The notes under the pieces were generated by a model that saw only the letters and a program-made list of their open reading frames with translations, searched no databases and was not told the DNA's origin. A stretch of 46,916 nucleotides of DNA. It comes from Clostridia bacterium. GTDB taxonomy: Bacteria; Bacillota; Clostridia; Oscillospirales; CAG-382. Both the position numbers and the translations under genes were made by a program. Location of the stretch: contig CAAEPN010000130.1 of NCBI GenBank assembly GCA_900757905.1, positions 1-46,916 of the forward strand. Direction: 5' to 3'. Of the stretch, positions 1-9,252 are shown piece after piece. Positions within the stretch are counted from its first letter, which is position 1. Every line of letters begins with the position of its first letter.

Positions 1-28
1 AAAGAAAACGGGCGACCAATGGTCGCCC
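1..28 (-). terminator. possible intrinsic terminator (tentative)
   Basis: 8-bp GC stem gggcgacc/ggtcgccc (10-28) with a 3-nt loop. The A-rich run at 1-9 on the + strand becomes a U-run after the hairpin on the - strand. It lies ~125 nt beyond the esterase stop, so the assignment is uncertain. Confidence 0.3.
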
Positions 29-151
29 CTACAGTTTTTAAAACGTATTTTATACCGTACACGAACAACAGCCGCCCGTCAGCGGTCGCCCTTGCGGTTT
101 GTAAGCCGCATTCATGTCGTGCAGGAACGGCTGCGCCCGCTTTTTCTGCAC

Positions 152-1156
152 TTATTCTTCCCTTTTCAACTTCCGGATAAAACCGGCAAGCTTACGCGAA
201 ACGCGCACAGAGGCGTTGACGTTGGGATGTCCCACCGCGCCGACCTCGTTTTTCTTTCCGTAGATATCGTCCACCGGCAGGAAATACAATTTCCCGTCAT
301 CCTGTCTGCGGTCGTCGATGAGCTTTTGTAATATGTTCTTAAAATTTGCATTCATCATGCCGTACATCCAAAGGATGACGGCATTCGGATAGGCATGCCG
401 AACCTTGTCCAGTAACTTTGTGCCCTCACAGTACATGATTTCCTCCGTCGTGCCGCCCGGAACATCGTTCGTACCGCAGTTTAAGATCATGACATCCGGC
501 TGCCACAAGGAATGGTCATAGCCGGTCTTGCCCCATGTGCCCATATCGAACATTTCTTCAAAACGCACGCCGACCTGTTCGCCGCAGCTGTGCCAGACGC
601 CCTGTCCGCTCATGCATACCGTGCGGATCTCTGCGTCAAGACTTTTTGCGGTAAGATAGGCATAGGTCTTGGTGCTGTCCTGCTCGTAGGTGGCATATTC
701 GTTTTTGTCGGCCGGCGCCATGTCGCCAAAGCCTGCGGTAATCGAATCGCCCAAAAATTCGAGCTTAAACGGCTTTTCGGCAGGCGGCGGCAAGAATTCC
801 GGCGCTTTGCCGTAAACACGTGCTTTTTGGAAAACAAGCGGCACAGCGCCCTCGGAAATGCGAAGCACCTTGACCGTGTGGACAGCGTCCCGGTCAAAAT
901 CGACAAGGAGCTTATCGGCAAGGCCGTATACGCCGTACCGCGCTTCGCGTTTATCGGCAAACACCTTGACATATACCGGTGCAGCACCGGCATATTCGGC
1001 AAAATGGATCTCGGCACGACTGCCGCAGAACGAAAATTCGATACCGCTGTTGCTCCATGGAAGAAGTATCCCATCGTTCGTTTCACTGCGTCCGAGAACG
1101 CGGAAATGCTCCGATTCGGCAAAGCCGCTTTCTTGATAATTTGAATAAAATAGCAT
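152..1156 (-). CDS. SGNH/GDSL hydrolase, carbohydrate-esterase family 2-like acetyl esterase
   Basis: 334-aa ORF. Motifs: LGDSITAGFG (block I Ser), NCGTNDV (block III), VGHPN (block V His), plus a ~120-aa N-terminal beta-sandwich-like extension typical of CE2. GAGGA RBS lies 6 nt before the ATG at 1156. Confidence 0.8.
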   Translation of the reverse strand: MLFYSNYQESGFAESEHFRVLGRSETNDGILLPWSNSGIEFSFCGSRAEIHFAEYAGAAPVYVKVFADKREARYGVYGLADKLLVDFDRDAVHTVKVLRISEGAVPLVFQKARVYGKAPEFLPPPAEKPFKLEFLGDSITAGFGDMAPADKNEYATYEQDSTKTYAYLTAKSLDAEIRTVCMSGQGVWHSCGEQVGVRFEEMFDMGTWGKTGYDHSLWQPDVMILNCGTNDVPGGTTEEIMYCEGTKLLDKVRHAYPNAVILWMYGMMNANFKNILQKLIDDRRQDDGKLYFLPVDDIYGKKNEVGAVGHPNVNASVRVSRKLAGFIRKLKREE

Positions 1157-1191
1157 AACAGTTCCTCACAGCGTTGTTTTTTATAAGTATA

Positions 1192-2643
1192 TCACTTTTT
1201 GTCAGCCGCTGTCAATAGCTGTTTTTCTGTTTTGGCGCTTTCTGATGCCCGTTCGAGCCGCTTTAAAATCACCTCGGCGCAAATGAAGTGAACGGCCGAC
1301 GTGAGAAGCCATGACAGCGGAAAGGAAACGAAAATGCACGCAAGTGTCTGATGCTTCGGGAACACCGCAAGAAGCCACACCACACGGAAAACGCACGAGC
1401 CGGCAAGCGACACACATGCCGCCGTCACCGCGCGTCCGAGTCCCTGCATGGTTCCTGACCCTACCTCCATAAACGCAAGAAAAATATACGGCACAAGCAT
1501 ATAAAATGTGCGTATTTCCGCCGCGTCATACGCCATGCGCTCGACTGAACCGAGCGCCGCCCTATGGATTCCGTATAGAGAAAACAACGGCGCACGGGCA
1601 AGGATCAGCAAGCTGCCAAAGAGGATCGCCGCACCCGCACCGATAAGATAGCAGCACCGGCGCACACTTCTTACACGTTTATAATTCTGCGCACCGGCGT
1701 TCTGCCCCACAAAGCACACTGCCGCCTGTCCCACCGCATTCACCGCAATGTTCGCAAAGCCTTCGATACCGGTTGCGGCCGAAACGCCCTTGACGACCGG
1801 CGCAAACGCGGCGTCAGACGGCGCGGTCAGCGTGTTTACCGTGATGACCGACGACTGAATGAGCATATGCGATACCGAAAACAGCATGCTTTGAACGCCG
1901 GCCGGGAGACCGATGTGCAAGATCTTCAGAAACGGCGTTTTTCGAATGCCTATTTGTGAAAGCTTTAGCTGAAACAGCTCGCTTTTCATGAGCTTACGCA
2001 CAAAAAGCAAGGCGCACAGCGCATTGGAAAGCACGGTCGCCGCCGCCACACCGTCTACCGACCGGCCGCACACAAGCACGAAAAACAGGTTCAATACCAC
2101 ATTCACCGCGCCGCCGAGCGTCAAAATCTTCATCGGCGTTTTGGTATCGCCCGACGCATGAAGTAACGACGAGGAAAAGTTGACTACCGACACAAACGGT
2201 ACGCCGACAAAGTACAGCCGCGTATAAAGTAATGCCAACTCATACAGCTTTCCGCTGTTTCCCATAAAGCGAAGCACGCTGCCGCTTAGTATAAAGCCCG
2301 CCGCGCCGCACAGAACGCCGAAAAGCACGCTCATGCCGAGCGCTGTATTTAAGGTTTCGGATACCGCCTTTTTATTTCCGGCTCCAAGCGAACGCGCCAT
2401 CACCACCTTTGCGCCGACGCTGCACCCGATAAAGACATTGATGATAAGATTGATAAACGAGGACGTCGTACCGACCGCGCCCACTGCGTCCGGCTCGCCG
2501 GAAAGGCCGACCACAACGGTATCGGCCATATTGAACGCCACCTGTAACAGGTTTGCGGCAATAAGCGGCAGGCAAAAACGTAGTATCTGCGGAAAAAGCG
2601 CGCCTTGGAGCATGGAAGCCTGCGCTTTATGTGATTTGTTCAT
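1192..2643 (-). CDS. MATE family efflux transporter
   Basis: 483-aa polytopic membrane ORF with the duplicated MatE-type repeat pattern. Tightly packed downstream of the 2656-4653 gene (12-nt gap). Confidence 0.85.
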   Translation of the reverse strand: MNKSHKAQASMLQGALFPQILRFCLPLIAANLLQVAFNMADTVVVGLSGEPDAVGAVGTTSSFINLIINVFIGCSVGAKVVMARSLGAGNKKAVSETLNTALGMSVLFGVLCGAAGFILSGSVLRFMGNSGKLYELALLYTRLYFVGVPFVSVVNFSSSLLHASGDTKTPMKILTLGGAVNVVLNLFFVLVCGRSVDGVAAATVLSNALCALLFVRKLMKSELFQLKLSQIGIRKTPFLKILHIGLPAGVQSMLFSVSHMLIQSSVITVNTLTAPSDAAFAPVVKGVSAATGIEGFANIAVNAVGQAAVCFVGQNAGAQNYKRVRSVRRCCYLIGAGAAILFGSLLILARAPLFSLYGIHRAALGSVERMAYDAAEIRTFYMLVPYIFLAFMEVGSGTMQGLGRAVTAACVSLAGSCVFRVVWLLAVFPKHQTLACIFVSFPLSWLLTSAVHFICAEVILKRLERASESAKTEKQLLTAADKK

Positions 2644-2655
2644 GTTCGCTTTGCC

Positions 2656-4653
2656 TCACTTTTCAAAGGTGCGGATACACTTATCTTCGTCAGACGGACT
2701 CTCGGCAAGGGCATTGTAGAACTTGATGAAATAGTATAGCAAGCCGTCCTGCTCGTTGGCGTAATCGTCGTAAAACTCGCATTTCACGCCGTTGACCGAA
2801 AACGGATAGAGATAGGTACATGACGCACTTCCGTCCTCACGGTAGAGAGAAAGCATATTGCGTGCGCTTTCATAGGCGCGCGTTTTGTACGCCTTGTCTC
2901 CGCTCACGGCGGCATAGTGCAGAAAGGCGTTGGAGGTATGTACTGATGCCGAATGCGGAAACGTATCGCCATACATGCGCCGCTTGCCGAACCAATAACC
3001 GTCCCAGTGCCGGATGGCTTGATCGTGCAAGAAATGCGACGGTTGGCTGCCGTTGAAGCGTTCGAGGATTTTTATATGCTTGCCGGCGTCGTCAAGCAGA
3101 CGTTTGTCCTCCGTGAGCATATAGAGCTGACTTAAAATGGTTACGGCCGGCGCAACGATGGTCTGCTCGTATTTGACCTCGTGTTCGGGATAATTCGTGC
3201 TGTTTTTCATAATGGTCTCGGCGTGCTTTTTGTACATTTCGGTAAGCGCGTCGGCCTTATCGTCCAAGCCGGCCTTACGCAATGCCGTCACGCTCTCATA
3301 CACCGAAAGGCCGTTGGGATAGAACTTTTCGCCGCCGATAGAATAGTACACCGAAAGTAACTTGAACATCTTCTCAAGATACGCCTTGTCGCCGGTCAAG
3401 TTGTACATTTCAAGCACTAACACCGACATCCACGGGGCGTTGTACAGCCGCTTGAACTCGGTGTGCTTGCCGACGTTGTTATACACCTCGCCGGTCTCTT
3501 CATCGTAAAACTCGCGCGTAACAAATCTATAGTACTTCATGAATTTTTCGTAGACTTCGTCGTCCTTTACCCATTGCAGATACTTTGCCACCAAAAGTCC
3601 CATAACAAGCCGCTCACGCGACGCGTTGAAATCGGTGAACACATAGTCGAATACCTGACATTTCTCCTCGTTGTCATAGATGAGAAACGCGCCGTCTAAC
3701 ATATCGCCCTCTTCATGGAACTGCTGCTTGTCGATGATAAAATGAACGCGGCGTCGAATCAGCTCCTTTAACGGCAGCTGTACGAAAAAGCGCGTTATTG
3801 TCTCGTTTTCTCCCACACGTACCGTAAATAAGTGGTCGCCCAAACGCTCCGGCGAAAGCGACACCTGCGTTTTTCCGTCTTTAACGCAGACCGGAATATT
3901 TTTTCCGTCAAGAAAAATCGAAGCATTCGGATGGTTGACGGTAAACGCTATCTTTTCATTCGAAAAAACGGTGAAATTTTCCGAATCGATCAAAATGAGG
4001 TCCTGTCTTTTTTCAAGCTCTTCGCGGAAATGACCGTCCTTATACCAAAACATTTCCCACGAAAGCTTTATTTTTTCACCGGGTCTTAAGCGAAACGGCG
4101 TCGGGTGCAGAATAAAATCGCCGCGGTCGTCGCTGCCAAGATTGCCGAGACGGTTTACCACGTGTAATATCCGGTCAATGCTGTACGAATCAAGGCTTCC
4201 CTCGGTAAGCACAAGGCCGAGTCCGAAATCGCAAAGACCCATTTTGACCGCGTTTATGTAGGAGGTATTCCGGCCGCACCAGATGTTTGTGTTGCACCGC
4301 TCAGTCATGCAGACTTTCGCGTTGGCATAGCTGTCGCGAAAGGGTGCATAAATGCCAAAATCGCCGCGATTGCAGAAAACATCGCCTTCCAAGCGGTTTT
4401 CAAGCGTATAGGTCTCGCGGTAGGTATCGCCGCAAAGCGCACGCTCCGCCGTAATGCGTAGATAGTAGGTTTCATACACGGTATTTATGCCGTTTTCGGT
4501 CGGCGTGACCGACACAACTTTTGCATTTTTCACCGTGCCCCACGTATTGTTTACACCAAGCCAGTTCATGGCATAAGGGTCGGCAGCGTTTACCATGGAT
4601 TCCACACCGCCGTTTTGTAAATTATAGCGGATTTCAAATAAATTTTCGAACAT
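2656..4653 (-). CDS. hypothetical protein, possibly an (alpha/alpha)6-barrel glycoside hydrolase/lyase-like enzyme
   Basis: Long ORF. I place the start at ATG 4653 (MFENLFEIRY...) because GGAGGAAAGAAGA precedes it; the track ORF begins 57 nt further upstream without an RBS. The helical, aromatic-rich C-terminal half (HWDGYWFGK, GDTFPHSASVHT) and the neighbouring CE2 and AraC genes suggest carbohydrate metabolism. The family was not recognised. Confidence 0.6.
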   Translation of the reverse strand: MFENLFEIRYNLQNGGVESMVNAADPYAMNWLGVNNTWGTVKNAKVVSVTPTENGINTVYETYYLRITAERALCGDTYRETYTLENRLEGDVFCNRGDFGIYAPFRDSYANAKVCMTERCNTNIWCGRNTSYINAVKMGLCDFGLGLVLTEGSLDSYSIDRILHVVNRLGNLGSDDRGDFILHPTPFRLRPGEKIKLSWEMFWYKDGHFREELEKRQDLILIDSENFTVFSNEKIAFTVNHPNASIFLDGKNIPVCVKDGKTQVSLSPERLGDHLFTVRVGENETITRFFVQLPLKELIRRRVHFIIDKQQFHEEGDMLDGAFLIYDNEEKCQVFDYVFTDFNASRERLVMGLLVAKYLQWVKDDEVYEKFMKYYRFVTREFYDEETGEVYNNVGKHTEFKRLYNAPWMSVLVLEMYNLTGDKAYLEKMFKLLSVYYSIGGEKFYPNGLSVYESVTALRKAGLDDKADALTEMYKKHAETIMKNSTNYPEHEVKYEQTIVAPAVTILSQLYMLTEDKRLLDDAGKHIKILERFNGSQPSHFLHDQAIRHWDGYWFGKRRMYGDTFPHSASVHTSNAFLHYAAVSGDKAYKTRAYESARNMLSLYREDGSASCTYLYPFSVNGVKCEFYDDYANEQDGLLYYFIKFYNALAESPSDEDKCIRTFEK

Positions 4654-4761
4654 TCTTCTTTCCTCCGTGTTTTTTGTTTGCCGCCTTTCATTATACGTCA
4701 TCTGCGGCAAATTACCATAGACATTTCGATTCGTTTATTTGCACTTTTCGAAATACTTTGC

Positions 4762-4790
4762 TTGACAGCCATCTTCTTTCGTGCTATACT
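4762..4790 (+). promoter_or_regulatory. sigma-A type promoter of the AraC-family gene
   Basis: TTGACA (4762-4767), 17-bp spacer, TATACT (4785-4790), 19 nt upstream of the ATG at 4809. Confidence 0.6.
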
Positions 4791-4808
4791 TATTTGTGAG
4801 GTGAGCGT

Positions 4809-5651
4809 ATGGGCTTTTGCAGAACAATAACCTTTTCCGAGCTGTATACGCTCGATTTTGAAATCACGGATTTATTTGCCATGCGTCAGAAATGGCGTGC
4901 CGGAACAGAATTTTGCATGGAGCATCCGCGCCGCGCAAACGGGCTTATCCTTCTTTGCGGCGCAACCGGGAAATATACCGGAAATAGCGGTTCTTTCTTT
5001 GCGCCGACCGGAAGCGTGGTCTGTCTGCCTGAAGAGAGCGAATACTCGGTCTTAAACCTTTCGGACGGCAAAGAACCTGACTATCCGGACGCCTATCTCA
5101 TCGAATTTCGTGCGTTTTCACAAAAGATTCCGCTGACCTTCGACGATTCGCCTTTTCTCATCAAAAATGCAAACTTTGTCCTACTTCGTGAGCTTGCCGA
5201 AAAAACGGTGCTTGCCTGCGAAGCGCCGGTAAAATCGCCCTGCACCGTGCGTGCCGAAATCTATGAAATGCTCTCCTTGCTCTGCGAAAGCTCCTTGGAG
5301 GTCGGAAACAAGCGTTTTTCGCCCATCATGCCGGGAATCGAATACTTGCGCAAAAATCCGCAAAGCTCGCTTTCGGTGGAGAAGCTTGCAAAAATGTGCC
5401 ACGTCAGCAGTGCCAATTTTCGCAAGCTGTTCAAGGAATACTCCGGGAAAAGTCCGGCAAGCTACCGTATTGACCGAAAGCTTGACCTTGCCAAAAGAAT
5501 GCTTGAAAGCGAAAAGGTTTCCTTTACTTATATTGCCGAAACGCTCGGCTTTGAAAGCGAAGCCTATTTCAGTCGGCTGTTCAAGAAAAAGATCGGCGTT
5601 TCGCCGCGTGTTTACCGCGAAAACCAACGCAAAGGATGTTTATATGAGTGA
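4809..5651 (+). CDS. AraC family transcriptional regulator
   Basis: 280 aa. N-terminal cupin-like sensor half and a C-terminal double HTH (SVEKLAKMCHVSSANFRKLFK...IAETLGFESEAYFSRLFKKKIGVSPRVYR). Divergent from the esterase/hydrolase/MATE operon. Confidence 0.85.
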   Translation: MGFCRTITFSELYTLDFEITDLFAMRQKWRAGTEFCMEHPRRANGLILLCGATGKYTGNSGSFFAPTGSVVCLPEESEYSVLNLSDGKEPDYPDAYLIEFRAFSQKIPLTFDDSPFLIKNANFVLLRELAEKTVLACEAPVKSPCTVRAEIYEMLSLLCESSLEVGNKRFSPIMPGIEYLRKNPQSSLSVEKLAKMCHVSSANFRKLFKEYSGKSPASYRIDRKLDLAKRMLESEKVSFTYIAETLGFESEAYFSRLFKKKIGVSPRVYRENQRKGCLYE

Positions 5652-6327
5652 ACTAAAAATTATCGCGCATATCCGAACCGACTTTCCCGAAAAGTTCGGC
5701 ATACCGCGCCAAAGCGGCCTTATTGCTGACCTTGCCGGACGCATCGTCTTTGAGCCGGAATACCGCAGTGAGGACGCTTTTCGCGGCATCGAGGGCTACG
5801 ACTATCTCTGGCTGTTATGGGCGTTTGAGGGCACAGAGCGCGGACATTGGTCGGCCACCGTCACGCCGCCACGGCTCGGCGGCAAAAAGACCATGGGCGT
5901 TTTCGCCACACGTTCGCCGTTCCGTCCGAATCCGATCGGACTGTCTTCGGTACGGCTTGACCGGTATGAGCTGACCGATGAGGGGCCGGTCTTATATGTT
6001 TCCGGCGCGGACCTGCGCGACAACACGCCGATCTACGACATCAAGCCGTATCTCGCCTACACCGACAGTCATCCCGACGCACGCGAAGGCTTTGCCGGAC
6101 GCGTCAAGGACAATTCGCTTGAGGTGGACTTTCCGCCGGAGCTACTTGCCGTTTTGCCGGAAAACAAGCGAAAAGCAGCGCTTGCCGTGTTAGCCGAAGA
6201 TCCACGTCCTGCCTATCACGACGATGACAGGCGGTATGGCGTTTCCTTTGCCGGATATGACATCCGTTTTCACGTATCGGAACGGGTATTACGGGTCTGT
6301 GAAGTGGTTCCGCTCAAAAGAAAATGA
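5644..6327 (+). CDS. trmO: tRNA (N6-threonylcarbamoyladenosine(37)-N6)-methyltransferase TrmO (YaeB/TsaA family)
   Basis: In-frame ATG at 5644 (MSELKIIAHIRTDFPEKFGIPRQSG...). Motifs: PPRLGGKKTMGVFATRSPFRPNPIGLS and DIKPY. The 5251 start in the track is an artefactual extension overlapping the AraC gene. The start overlaps the AraC stop by 8 nt. Confidence 0.85.
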   Translation: MSELKIIAHIRTDFPEKFGIPRQSGLIADLAGRIVFEPEYRSEDAFRGIEGYDYLWLLWAFEGTERGHWSATVTPPRLGGKKTMGVFATRSPFRPNPIGLSSVRLDRYELTDEGPVLYVSGADLRDNTPIYDIKPYLAYTDSHPDAREGFAGRVKDNSLEVDFPPELLAVLPENKRKAALAVLAEDPRPAYHDDDRRYGVSFAGYDIRFHVSERVLRVCEVVPLKRK

Positions 6328-6417
6328 GTTTCCCGAAGCTGTTTTGTCGGATTCCCGGATTTTCGGCAAGTCAGTGAGGATTTTTTTGCATTTTTGGCTT
6401 TTTTCACAAAAAAAGTA

Positions 6418-6446
6418 TTGACAAAACACTTATTTTGTGATACCAT
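6418..6446 (+). promoter_or_regulatory. sigma-A type promoter with extended -10 driving the 35-codon micro-ORF
   Basis: TTGACA (6418-6423), 17-bp spacer ending in TGa, TACCAT (6441-6446). Confidence 0.6.
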
Positions 6447-6502
6447 ACACTTGTAAGTTATATGGGTATGCAGTAAAAATATATTTTAGGGGGAAATTCA
6501 CA

Positions 6503-6610
6503 ATGAAAAAAGCATACGAAGCTCCGTCTTTAGACATTACGGTATTCACCTCTTCCGATGACATTCTCGTAGGAAGCGACGTCATCATTGATACGGGCGA
6601 CCTCTTCTAA
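6503..6610 (+). CDS. unannotated 35-aa acidic peptide MKKAYEAPSLDITVFTSSDDILVGSDVIIDTGDLF
   Basis: Hand translation of ATG 6503 to TAA 6610. AGGGGG RBS lies 9 nt upstream. Its own promoter is upstream and a strong terminator downstream. The N-terminal motif is shared with the micro-ORF at 32660-32785. Below the ORF-track size cutoff. Confidence 0.65.
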   Translation: MKKAYEAPSLDITVFTSSDDILVGSDVIIDTGDLF

Positions 6611-6641
6611 AAAGTATCTGTCCGCGTCTTTACGTGACCGT

Positions 6642-6675
6642 AACAGCCATCCGTGGGATGGCTGTTTTTCTTTTT
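6642..6675 (+). terminator. intrinsic terminator of the micro-ORF
   Basis: 11-bp stem aacagccatcc/ggatggctgtt with a 3-nt loop, followed by tttttcttttt. Confidence 0.8.
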
Positions 6676-6868
6676 CTGCCCCACCGCCGCCATCCGGACA
6701 GGCGTAAAGATATTTTATCAAATTTCTTCAGTCGCAAGAAAACGTCGAATAAAGTAACATTTTATTAACATATGTTCCGGCACGTTGTATTATAATTGTA
6801 TCAGGGTAAAATGTACTCTATACAACTTTAGCGGCTTTTGTCCGCTCGGAAAAGGAAGGACATTAAAA

Positions 6869-7585
6869 ATGATCAAAGTAACGATTTTTAACGAATTTAT
6901 CCATGAAGTCGAACAGGAAGCCGCAAAGGCCGTCTATCCGAACGGCATGCATATGGCTATCAAGGAATTTCTCGACGCCGACGGCCGCTTTACCGTTCGC
7001 ACCGCAACGCTTCATGAGCCAGAACACGGTCTCACGCAAGAAGTTCTCGACGACACCGATGTGCTTCTTTGGTGGGGCCACTGTGCGCACCATTTGGTGG
7101 ATGACGCTGTTGTTGAGCGCGTTTACGAGCGCGTTTTGCAGGGCATGGGACTTATCGCGTTGCACTCCGGTCACTTCTCCAAGATATTCAAGAAATTAAA
7201 CGGCACCGGCTGCAACTTAAAATGGCGCGAAAGCGGCGACAAGGAACGCATTTGGATTACGGCGCCCTCTCATCCGATCGCTGCCGGTCTTCCCGAATAT
7301 TTCGAGCTTCCGCACGAAGAGACCTATGGCGAGCATTTCGACATTGCAAAGCCCGATGAAGTGGTCTTTACCAGCTGGTTTACCGGCGGCGAGGTCTTCC
7401 GCAGCGGTGTGACCTTTACGCGCGGCAACGGACGCATCTTCTACTTCCGTCCGGGTCACGAGACCTTCCCGACCTACTATGACAAGAATGTTCAGCGCGT
7501 TATCGAAAACGCGATCGTTTGGGCAGCTGAGCCGAGAGGCGTTTTCCAGACCTACGGCTTCTACAATGCGCCCGAAAGCAAATAA
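6869..7585 (+). CDS. ThuA domain-containing protein (trehalose-utilisation ThuA family)
   Basis: ATG 6869 preceded by AAAGGAAGG. Motifs: [50 protein letters not shown]. The track start at 6785 is an upstream TTG extension. Confidence 0.8.
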   Translation: MIKVTIFNEFIHEVEQEAAKAVYPNGMHMAIKEFLDADGRFTVRTATLHEPEHGLTQEVLDDTDVLLWWGHCAHHLVDDAVVERVYERVLQGMGLIALHSGHFSKIFKKLNGTGCNLKWRESGDKERIWITAPSHPIAAGLPEYFELPHEETYGEHFDIAKPDEVVFTSWFTGGEVFRSGVTFTRGNGRIFYFRPGHETFPTYYDKNVQRVIENAIVWAAEPRGVFQTYGFYNAPESK

Positions 7586-7587
7586 GC

Positions 7588-8007
7588 ATGGTTTACGCGA
7601 TTATTGACGCACAAAGCGATATCGAAGAAATGATTACCGTCGCGCACGCCGAAAAGCCTTGCGGTCTTGCCGCATGGTTTATTGATGAGGTGCGCGACAC
7701 GGCTGACATGTATTTGAGCGACGACAAGGATTTTGAGGAGATCGAGAGATCCTTGTCGGTGCTTTCGGTTTTGGCTGAGGACGAATCTTCGGATACAGAT
7801 GACCTAAACGGCATGACTATCGAGGCCGGTGATATCTCCGTCAGCGTGATCGGCACGTTTTATACCTATGAGGATATGAAAAAAGCGCTTGGCGAATTCT
7901 TATCCGAAAAGCCGAAATACAAGAAGATCGTCATTCCCGACAACCCGTACGAAAGCGAAAAAGTAATCGATTCGCTCAATTCCGCGCTCATCCGCAGCGG
8001 TATTTAG
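7588..8007 (+). CDS. hypothetical acidic protein (139 aa)
   Basis: ORF starts 2 nt after the thuA-like stop with only a weak RBS, so translational coupling is likely. No recognisable motif. Confidence 0.5.
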   Translation: MVYAIIDAQSDIEEMITVAHAEKPCGLAAWFIDEVRDTADMYLSDDKDFEEIERSLSVLSVLAEDESSDTDDLNGMTIEAGDISVSVIGTFYTYEDMKKALGEFLSEKPKYKKIVIPDNPYESEKVIDSLNSALIRSGI

Positions 8008-8020
8008 AGGTGCGCACGAA

Positions 8021-9223
8021 ATGATAAGTATGCGAAAATTCCGCACACCGGACGCCGTTATCGCCGGCGCAGGCTTTTCCGGCATGACGCTTGCACGCGC
8101 TCTTGCCGAAAAAGGCGTGAAAGTACTCGTTTTGGAAAAACGGAGCCACATCGCCGGCAACGCTTACGACGAAAAGGACGAACAGACCGGTCTTACGGTC
8201 CACCGCTACGGTCCGCACATTTTTCATACGCGCGACAAGGCGGTCTTTAATTTTCTGTCCCGTTTTACCGATTGGAACGGCTATGAGCATAAGGTGCTTG
8301 CCAACATCTACGGGAAATTTATGCCGGTGCCCTTTAATTTGGATTCGCTGTATCTTGCCTTTCCGGAAACGAAAGCCAAGGCTTTGGAACAAAAGCTGTT
8401 GGCACGGTACGGCGAGAATACGAACGTATCCATTTTGGAGCTGTTAAAAACCGACGACAGCGCTCTTCATGAGCTTGGCTCTTATATCTATCGCAACATT
8501 TTTGAAACCTACACGGTCAAGCAATGGGACAAGAAGCCGGAGGATATCGATCCGGCCACCACAGCGCGCGTTCCGATTCGTCTTTCGCGCGACGACCGTT
8601 ATTTCACCGACCCGTATCAGGGCTTGCCGACAGACGGCTATACGCCGCTCTTTCGCCGCATGGCCGACCACGAAAATATTGAGATCCACACAAAAACCGA
8701 CGCGTTAAGCCTTATGCGGCTTTCGGAATCCGACAAAAAGCTGTATTTTGACGGGCAGCCATTTTGCGGCGTATTCGTTTACACGGGTGTGCCGGACGCT
8801 TTGCTTGACCGGCGCTGCGGTGCGCTTCCCTATCGGTCGCTCGATTTTTCGTTTGAAGTACAGAACACCGAATTTTTCCAACCCTGCGGCACAGTCAATT
8901 ATACGGTAGATAAGGACTACACGCGCATTACCGAATTCAAGCACATGACGCTTGAAAAATCACCGCGAACCGTAATTTTGAAGGAATACTCCAAAAACTG
9001 CGATTTTGCGCGCGGCGATATTCCCTACTACCCGATTCTTTCGCCGGAAAGTACGGCATTGTTTGAAAAATATACTGCCGCACTTGCTGCATATAAAAAT
9101 CTGTACCTTATCGGACGGCTTGCCGAATACCGCTATTACAACATGGACGCGGCGGTTTCGCGCGCGCTTGCGGCGGCCGACGAGATTCTTGCCGCGCATT
9201 TTGCCTGCGGCGCTTCGGTTTGA
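8021..9223 (+). CDS. glf: UDP-galactopyranose mutase
   Basis: N-terminal FAD fold VIAGAGFSGMTLARALAEKG, HRYGPHIFHT, ~400 aa length and a C-terminal YRYYNMD motif typical of Glf. AGAGGTG RBS. Confidence 0.85.
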   Translation: MISMRKFRTPDAVIAGAGFSGMTLARALAEKGVKVLVLEKRSHIAGNAYDEKDEQTGLTVHRYGPHIFHTRDKAVFNFLSRFTDWNGYEHKVLANIYGKFMPVPFNLDSLYLAFPETKAKALEQKLLARYGENTNVSILELLKTDDSALHELGSYIYRNIFETYTVKQWDKKPEDIDPATTARVPIRLSRDDRYFTDPYQGLPTDGYTPLFRRMADHENIEIHTKTDALSLMRLSESDKKLYFDGQPFCGVFVYTGVPDALLDRRCGALPYRSLDFSFEVQNTEFFQPCGTVNYTVDKDYTRITEFKHMTLEKSPRTVILKEYSKNCDFARGDIPYYPILSPESTALFEKYTAALAAYKNLYLIGRLAEYRYYNMDAAVSRALAAADEILAAHFACGASV

Positions 9224-9252
9224 CCTTAATGAACTGACATTCAAGAAAGGGA

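Noticed and set aside
512-1144. 210-aa + strand ORF (plus 610-1122 and 858-1136) overlapping the esterase gene
   Set aside because: It lies antisense to, or out of frame within, a gene with clear SGNH motifs. The composition is Arg/Ala-rich and low-complexity, with no RBS. This is the usual shadow ORF of a GC-balanced coding region. The same reasoning applies to 13966-14529, 17285-17806, 26225-26962, 26969-27565, 37512-38222, 43630-44322, 43869-44288 and 45792-46499.
4654-4710. Upstream extensions of track ORFs (2656-4710, 6785-6868, 31231-31314, 40773-40805, 46662-46901, 38696-38746, 27916-27945)
   Set aside because: In each case an internal ATG with a good GGAGG-type RBS matches the expected family N-terminus. 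The extension either crosses promoter or terminator elements or lacks an RBS.
5251-5643. N-terminal 131-aa extension of the trmO ORF in the track
   Set aside because: It overlaps the AraC gene out of frame and has no TrmO homology. The TrmO N-terminus (MSELKIIAHIRTDFPEKFGIPRQ) starts at the internal ATG 5644.
6503-6610. A complete lasso-peptide (or other RiPP) biosynthetic gene cluster around the micro-ORF
   Set aside because: The neighbours are trmO and a ThuA-like gene. No AsnB-like cyclase, transglutaminase-like protease, RRE/PqqD or radical-SAM gene is present in the 47 kb. asnA at 31315 is the AsnA (tRNA-synthetase-like) type, not a lasso cyclase. Only the leader-like motif is reported.
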